NCBI GenBank assembly: GCA_041620115.1
Contig: JBFKCU010000001.1
Location: forward strand, 1-44,487
DNA: 44,487 nucleotides
Direction: 5' to 3'
Source: Burkholderiales bacterium
Lineage (GTDB): Bacteria > Pseudomonadota > Gammaproteobacteria > Burkholderiales > SG8-41
The notes beneath the pieces are model-generated. The model was not told the origin of the DNA, searched no databases, and saw nothing but the letters and a program-made list of their open reading frames with translations. Position 1 is the first letter of the stretch, and every line of letters begins with the position of its first letter. Below, piece after piece: positions 39,172 through 44,487 of this stretch. A program made the position numbers and the translations under genes.

Positions 39172-39774
39172 TCACCATTTGCCTTCTGCCAGCCATCGCT
39201 CGATCTGGTCGAGGCGGTCTGATCCCCAGAACGGTTCGCCATCGACCACGATGTACGGCGAACCGAACACACCGCGTTCGACCGCTGCGTCGACCTCGGC
39301 CTTCAGGCGTTCCTTGACTGCGGGGTCGTTCAGGGCCGCGGCGACGGTTTCCTTGTCGTGCCCGAGTTTGGCGGCGATGTTGACGGTGACTTCCGGGTTC
39401 GAGATGTCCCGGTCTTCGGCAAAGTAGGCGCGGTACAGGGCCTGGGCCAGCGCTCTTCCCGCATCCGGGTCGCGGTCATTGAGCCAGTAAAAGGCGCGGC
39501 AGGGCGCCGTCGATGAAATCGGAAACCGTGTCGGCATCTTGAACGGCATGTCGAACCAGCGGGCCGAACGGGTCAGGTCGTGAAGCGCGTAGCTGCCTTT
39601 CATCGGGATGGTGGTCAGCGGCTGCTGGCCGGTTACCTTGAACACGGCGCCGAGCAGAATCGGCCGCCAGATCGTGGTGCGCTGGTATTTTGCGGCGAGC
39701 GCATCGATTTTTCCGGCGGCGAAATAGCCGTATGGTGACGAGAAATCGAAGTAAAAATCGATCGGTGAGGCCAT
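39172..39774 (-). CDS. 2-hydroxychromene-2-carboxylate isomerase family protein (DsbA-like fold without CxxC)
   Basis: The supporting sequence is PIDFYFDFSSPYGYFA ... GVFGSPYIVVDGEPFWGSDRLDQIERWL, with SPY in place of CxxC. The SD AGGAG lies 7 nt upstream of the ATG. Confidence 0.8.
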   Translation of the reverse strand: MASPIDFYFDFSSPYGYFAAGKIDALAAKYQRTTIWRPILLGAVFKVTGQQPLTTIPMKGSYALHDLTRSARWFDMPFKMPTRFPISSTAPCRAFYWLNDRDPDAGRALAQALYRAYFAEDRDISNPEVTVNIAAKLGHDKETVAAALNDPAVKERLKAEVDAAVERGVFGSPYIVVDGEPFWGSDRLDQIERWLAEGKW

Positions 39775-39866
39775 GTCGAACTCCTGGGTGGATAATGGAC
39801 GTGTCGATTCAGCGCAGCGGACAACCAGTTGTAATTTGTTGTTTTTAATGAAGATGAGTTCTATCG

Positions 39867-39882
39867 TTTACGTAAACGTAAA
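39867..39882. promoter_or_regulatory. Candidate MerR/LiuR-type operator, copy 1 (TTTACGTAAACGTAAA)
   Basis: It is a perfect inverted repeat, TTTACG-N4-CGTAAA. It lies 13 nt beyond the MerR gene stop and 93 nt upstream of the HCCA-isomerase-like start. It is 15/16 identical to the site at 40345..40360. Confidence 0.5.
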
Positions 39883-39895
39883 TGTTGCTGCACTG

Positions 39896-40294
39896 CTACG
39901 CAGCAACCGGTTTGTCGCGCCCGGTTTCGGTCAGCAAGCGCTGACACTGCTTGGCAAAGAAGTTGATTTCATTAAGCATGATCTCCACGTCCTCGCGTTG
40001 CTGTTCCAGTTGCGCGCGCCGCCGCTCCAGCTTCACGGCAAATTCCTCCAACTGACGGCGGTCGTCATTGGCCAGGTCATACAGCTCGAACAGCTCGCGG
40101 ATTTCGTTAAGGGAGAAGCCGAGGCGCTTGCCGCGTAATGCAAGTTTGAGGCGGACGCGGTCGCGATGGCTGAAAATGCGGTTGACGCCGTCGCGCGTGG
40201 GATTGACCAGGCCCTGGTCCTCGTAGTGCCGCAAGGTGCGCGTGGTCACGTCAAACTCGCGTGCCAAGTCACTGATCGTGTAGGTTTTACTCAT
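39896..40294 (-). CDS. MerR-family transcriptional regulator, LiuR-like
   Basis: The HTH is YTISDLAREFDVTTRTLRHYEDQGLV, followed by a coiled-coil dimerisation helix. I prefer the start MSKTYT at 40294; the alternative ATG is at 40309. Confidence 0.88.
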   Translation of the reverse strand: MSKTYTISDLAREFDVTTRTLRHYEDQGLVNPTRDGVNRIFSHRDRVRLKLALRGKRLGFSLNEIRELFELYDLANDDRRQLEEFAVKLERRRAQLEQQREDVEIMLNEINFFAKQCQRLLTETGRDKPVAA

Positions 40295-40344
40295 TGTGCT
40301 CCGCAGCAACAGCAGGTAACATGTGGCAGGACGATATCATTGCT

Positions 40345-40360
40345 TTTACGTAAACGTCAA
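40345..40360. promoter_or_regulatory. Candidate MerR/LiuR-type operator, copy 2 (TTTACGTAAACGTCAA), in the MerR/phaC divergent region
   Basis: It is an inverted repeat, TTTACG-N4-CGTCAA, with one mismatch. It occupies the spacer between a -35-like TTGCTT (40340..40345) and a -10-like TATATG (40363..40368), the position typical of MerR-family operators. It lies 49 nt upstream of the phaC ATG. Confidence 0.55.
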
Positions 40361-40408
40361 TTTATATGCAGTTCTGGCGTCCGTCGCCAGTACCCCAAGA
40401 GAGCCGTA

Positions 40409-42208
40409 ATGACAGCCAAACAAACTCAAACTGAAACGTCGACCATGGACCACGCCGCGATGGCCCGCCTCTACGCCGACATTGCCGAGAAAAGCGGTGC
40501 CCTGCTCAGCAAGTACATGGCCCGCGGCGCCAACGGCGTGCCCGCGATGAACGACGAATTGGGCATTGCCAAGGCGTTCTTCGAGGCCTGGGGCCTGATG
40601 CTCACCGATCCGATGCGTGTCGCCGAAATGCAGATGAAGCTGTGGCAGGACTACATGGCCTTATGGCAGAACTCCATGTCCAAGATGATGGGGCAGGCGA
40701 CGGCGCCTGTCGCCGAGCCGCACAAGACGGATCGCCGCTTCCGCCATGAAGACTGGGAAAACAATTTTCTCTACGACTATGTCAAGCAGTCCTACCTGAT
40801 CGCCGCCCGCCACCTGCATCAGTCGCTGGGCAGCGTCGAGGGTCTCGACGAGAAGACCGCAAAGAAAGTTGATTTCTACACGCGACAGTACATTGATGCG
40901 CTCTCACCTTCCAATTTTCTGCTGACCAATCCGGAGGCGTTGCGCGAAACCGTGAGTTCGGGCGGCCAGAATCTGGTCAAGGGCCTGAACAACCTGCTCG
41001 AAGACCTGACGCGCGGCAATGGCGAACAGTTGCGCGTGCGCATGACCGACAGCACCGCGTTCAAACTCGGCGAGAACCTGGCCACCACCAAAGGCAAGGT
41101 CGTGTTCCAGAACGAAATCATGCAGCTGATCCAGTATGAGCCGCTGACGGAGAAGGTCCATGCGACGCCGCTGCTGATCATTCCGCCGTGGATCAACAAG
41201 TTCTACATTCTCGACATGCGCGAGAACAATTCATTTGTGCGCTGGGCAGTGGAGCAGGGACATACGGTCTTTGTGATCTCCTGGGTCAACCCCGACGAAA
41301 AACTGGCGCACAAGCGCTTCGACGACTATCTCAGCGAAGGATCGCTTGCCGCGCTCGACGTAATCCGCGACATCACGGGTGAAGAGCAGGCTAATGTCAT
41401 CGGTTACTGCCTGGGCGGCACACTGCTCGCCTGCACCATGGCCTGGCTGGCGGCCAAAAAGCAGGACCGTATCCGCAGCGCGACCTTTTTTGTCACCATG
41501 ATCGACTTCGAGCGGCCGGGCGAACTCGAGGTGTTCATCGACGAGCAGCAGGTCGGCGCGCTCGAGAAGAAAATGGAGGAGCGCGGCTATCTCGAAGGCT
41601 CGGAGATGGCCACCACCTTCAACATGCTGCGTGCCAATGACCTGATCTGGTCATTCGTGGTCAATAACTATCTGCTGGGCAAGGACCCGTTCCCGTTCGA
41701 TCTGTTGCACTGGAACGGCGACTCCACGCGCATGCCGGCAGCGATGCACAGCTTTTATCTGCGCAACCTCTATCTGAAGAACTTGCTGCGCATACCCGGC
41801 GGCATCACGCTCGCGGGCACGCCCATCGACATTACCAAGGCCAAAGTGCCGGCGTACTTCATTTCGACCGTCGAGGATCACATTGCCCCGTGGCAATCGA
41901 CCTACGCCGGTGCGCAGCTGTTGCCGGGCCCCGTGCGTTTCGTCCTGGGCGGATCGGGCCATATTGCCGGGATCATCAATCCGCCCGCCGCGAACAAGTA
42001 TGGTTACTGGGTCAACGACAAGCTGGATGCGCAGCCCGAGCAGTGGCTGGAGAAAGCGACCCAGCACGCCGGCTCGTGGTGGACGGACTGGGGCAAGTGG
42101 GCCGCCAAGCACGGCGACAAGAAAATTGCTGCGCGCAAGCCCGGCAACGGCAAGTTCAAGCCGATCGAAGACGCGCCGGGCTCCTACGTGCAGCAGCGCA
42201 TCGGGTAA
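40409..42208 (+). CDS. phaC: Class I poly(3-hydroxyalkanoate) synthase
   Basis: The start is MTAKQTQTE at 40409; the track ORF starts at 40166, inside the MerR gene. The protein is 599 aa. The supporting motifs are PLLIIPPWINKFYILD, lipase-box GYCLGG, the HIAPW catalytic His region, and GHIAGIINPP. Confidence 0.92.
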   Translation: MTAKQTQTETSTMDHAAMARLYADIAEKSGALLSKYMARGANGVPAMNDELGIAKAFFEAWGLMLTDPMRVAEMQMKLWQDYMALWQNSMSKMMGQATAPVAEPHKTDRRFRHEDWENNFLYDYVKQSYLIAARHLHQSLGSVEGLDEKTAKKVDFYTRQYIDALSPSNFLLTNPEALRETVSSGGQNLVKGLNNLLEDLTRGNGEQLRVRMTDSTAFKLGENLATTKGKVVFQNEIMQLIQYEPLTEKVHATPLLIIPPWINKFYILDMRENNSFVRWAVEQGHTVFVISWVNPDEKLAHKRFDDYLSEGSLAALDVIRDITGEEQANVIGYCLGGTLLACTMAWLAAKKQDRIRSATFFVTMIDFERPGELEVFIDEQQVGALEKKMEERGYLEGSEMATTFNMLRANDLIWSFVVNNYLLGKDPFPFDLLHWNGDSTRMPAAMHSFYLRNLYLKNLLRIPGGITLAGTPIDITKAKVPAYFISTVEDHIAPWQSTYAGAQLLPGPVRFVLGGSGHIAGIINPPAANKYGYWVNDKLDAQPEQWLEKATQHAGSWWTDWGKWAAKHGDKKIAARKPGNGKFKPIEDAPGSYVQQRIG

Positions 42209-42241
42209 GCTCTTCCTTTGGCCGGATCGGGAGCACTTTCA

Positions 42242-43027
42242 ATGAACTTCAAGAATCTGTTGCTGGAACAACCCGAACCCGGCGTTTATCTGCTGACGGT
42301 AAACCGCCCGCAGGCCCTGAATGCATTGAACGCGGCGACGCTGATGGAACTGGCGCTGGCCATCGCCGAGGTCGCCGCAGACACTGCAGCCCGCGTCCTG
42401 CTCGTGACCGGCGCGGGAGAAAAAGCGTTCGTGGCCGGTGCGGACATCAGCGAAATGGTCGACTTCAGCGCCGGGCAGGCACAGGTGTTCTCGGAACAGG
42501 GCATGCAGGTCATGCACGCCCTTGAGGCCCTGCCGGTACCGGTGATCGCGCTGGTTCACGGCTATGCCTTGGGCGGCGGCTGCGAACTGGCACTGGCCTG
42601 CGACTGGATCATCGCGTCCGACCGCGCGGTGTTCGGCCAGCCCGAGGTCAATCTGGGCATACCGCCGGGATTTGGCGGTACCCAGCGTCTCGCCCGCCGG
42701 GTCGGGCGTGCACGGGCGCTGGACATGATCACGACGGCACGGCAGGTCAAGGCCGAAGAAGCGCTGGCCATCGGCCTGGTCACCCGGCTCGTACCTGCCG
42801 GCGAATTGCGCAATACGGGCCTGGCCATTGCCCGCACCATAGCCGCCAAGGGTCCGGTTGCCGTCCGGCTGGCCAAGCAGGCGGTGGTGCAAGGCGGGGA
42901 CATGAGCCTGGCCAATGCCTGTGCGCATGAAACCGCGATGTTCGCGCTGGCCTTTGCTACCGAGGATCAACGCGAAGGCATGCAAGCGTTCCTCGGCAAG
43001 CGGCCGGCCCGTTTCAGCGGACGCTAG
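42242..43027 (+). CDS. Short-chain enoyl-CoA hydratase (crotonase)
   Basis: The start is MNFKNLLLE at 42242. The supporting sequence is LLTVNRPQALNALN ... LVTGAGEKAFVAGADISEM ... GYALGGGCELALACD ... FGQPEVNLGIPPGFGGTQRL ... TEDQREGMQAFLGKR. It aligns along its whole length with my recollection of clostridial Crt. Confidence 0.9.
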   Translation: MNFKNLLLEQPEPGVYLLTVNRPQALNALNAATLMELALAIAEVAADTAARVLLVTGAGEKAFVAGADISEMVDFSAGQAQVFSEQGMQVMHALEALPVPVIALVHGYALGGGCELALACDWIIASDRAVFGQPEVNLGIPPGFGGTQRLARRVGRARALDMITTARQVKAEEALAIGLVTRLVPAGELRNTGLAIARTIAAKGPVAVRLAKQAVVQGGDMSLANACAHETAMFALAFATEDQREGMQAFLGKRPARFSGR

Positions 43028-43191
43028 CGCGGCGCGGGTCACCCGCGCAGTCGTTCGGTTGTTGCGGCGCACCACCGAGTGAGCCGCGGTTTCAGCACAG
43101 ACGTTATAATTACTCATCCCATCACGGTTGTGATTCGGGCACCATAAGTGCCGGAATTGCCGTGAAAAACAGCCTTAAAAAGGTATGCCCA

Positions 43192-44487
<1,296 letters not shown>

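Noticed and set aside
2231-40408. N-terminal extensions of many track ORFs. They start at 2231, 8771, 13929, 14950, 15266, 16972, 18065, 22468, 23759, 29499 and 40166, plus the minus-strand 14420, 38230 and 37706.
   Set aside because: The extensions overlap neighbouring genes and lack homology-like sequence. Internal ATG or GTG codons with SD sequences, or stop/start overlaps, give N-termini that match the family norm.

Overview
This is a visibly GC-rich, gene-dense chromosomal segment that reads like core genome of a beta- or gamma-proteobacterium. The argH-algZ-algR-hemCDXY and cutA-dsbD-aroQ-accBC-prmA orders match what I recall from Pseudomonas and betaproteobacteria. I can support 46 protein genes, one tRNA-Arg(CCG), three rho-independent terminators and a few operator or promoter candidates.

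From left to right the window holds:
- a partial FAD/Fe-S oxidoreductase, divergent from an Xsc-like ThDP enzyme and a LacI regulator
- argH, the algZ/algR-type two-component pair and a periplasmic thioredoxin-like gene
- hemC, hemD, hemX and hemY
- a ferredoxin-NAD(P) reductase-type protein and an SDR
- cutA, dsbD and a tlpA-like gene
- aroQ, accB, accC, prmA and a DUF3426 protein
- gcvT, gcvH, gcvPA, tpx, gcvPB and dgkA
- mscL, a PfkB kinase, a SlyB-like lipoprotein, an acyltransferase, apaH and a dihaem cytochrome c
- tRNA-Arg, followed by an FAD oxidoreductase, an SGNH esterase and an MFS transporter
- a minus-strand operon (HCCA-isomerase-like, enoyl-CoA hydratase, HMG-CoA lyase, DUF1289, DUF2889) behind a MerR/LiuR-like regulator
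- phaC, a crotonase, and the start of aceE

I saw no IS or transposase, integrase, phage, CRISPR, toxin-antitoxin or recognisable defence genes. I do not find convincing evidence for a wholly new system.

The loci most worth a second look are:
1. Twin LiuR-like operators that tie a truncated leucine-type operator-controlled operon, carrying three poorly characterised genes, to phaC.
2. An orphan Xsc-like gene with a LacI operator on its -35, shared with a divergent FAD/Fe-S dehydrogenase.
3. tpx embedded between gcvPA and gcvPB.
4. A 388-bp non-coding region upstream of aroQ.

Many long ORFs in the supplied track are antisense shadows typical of high-GC DNA. Many real genes also start downstream of the first ATG of the track ORF. 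Two genes, at the left and right edges, are missing from the track because they run off the window.
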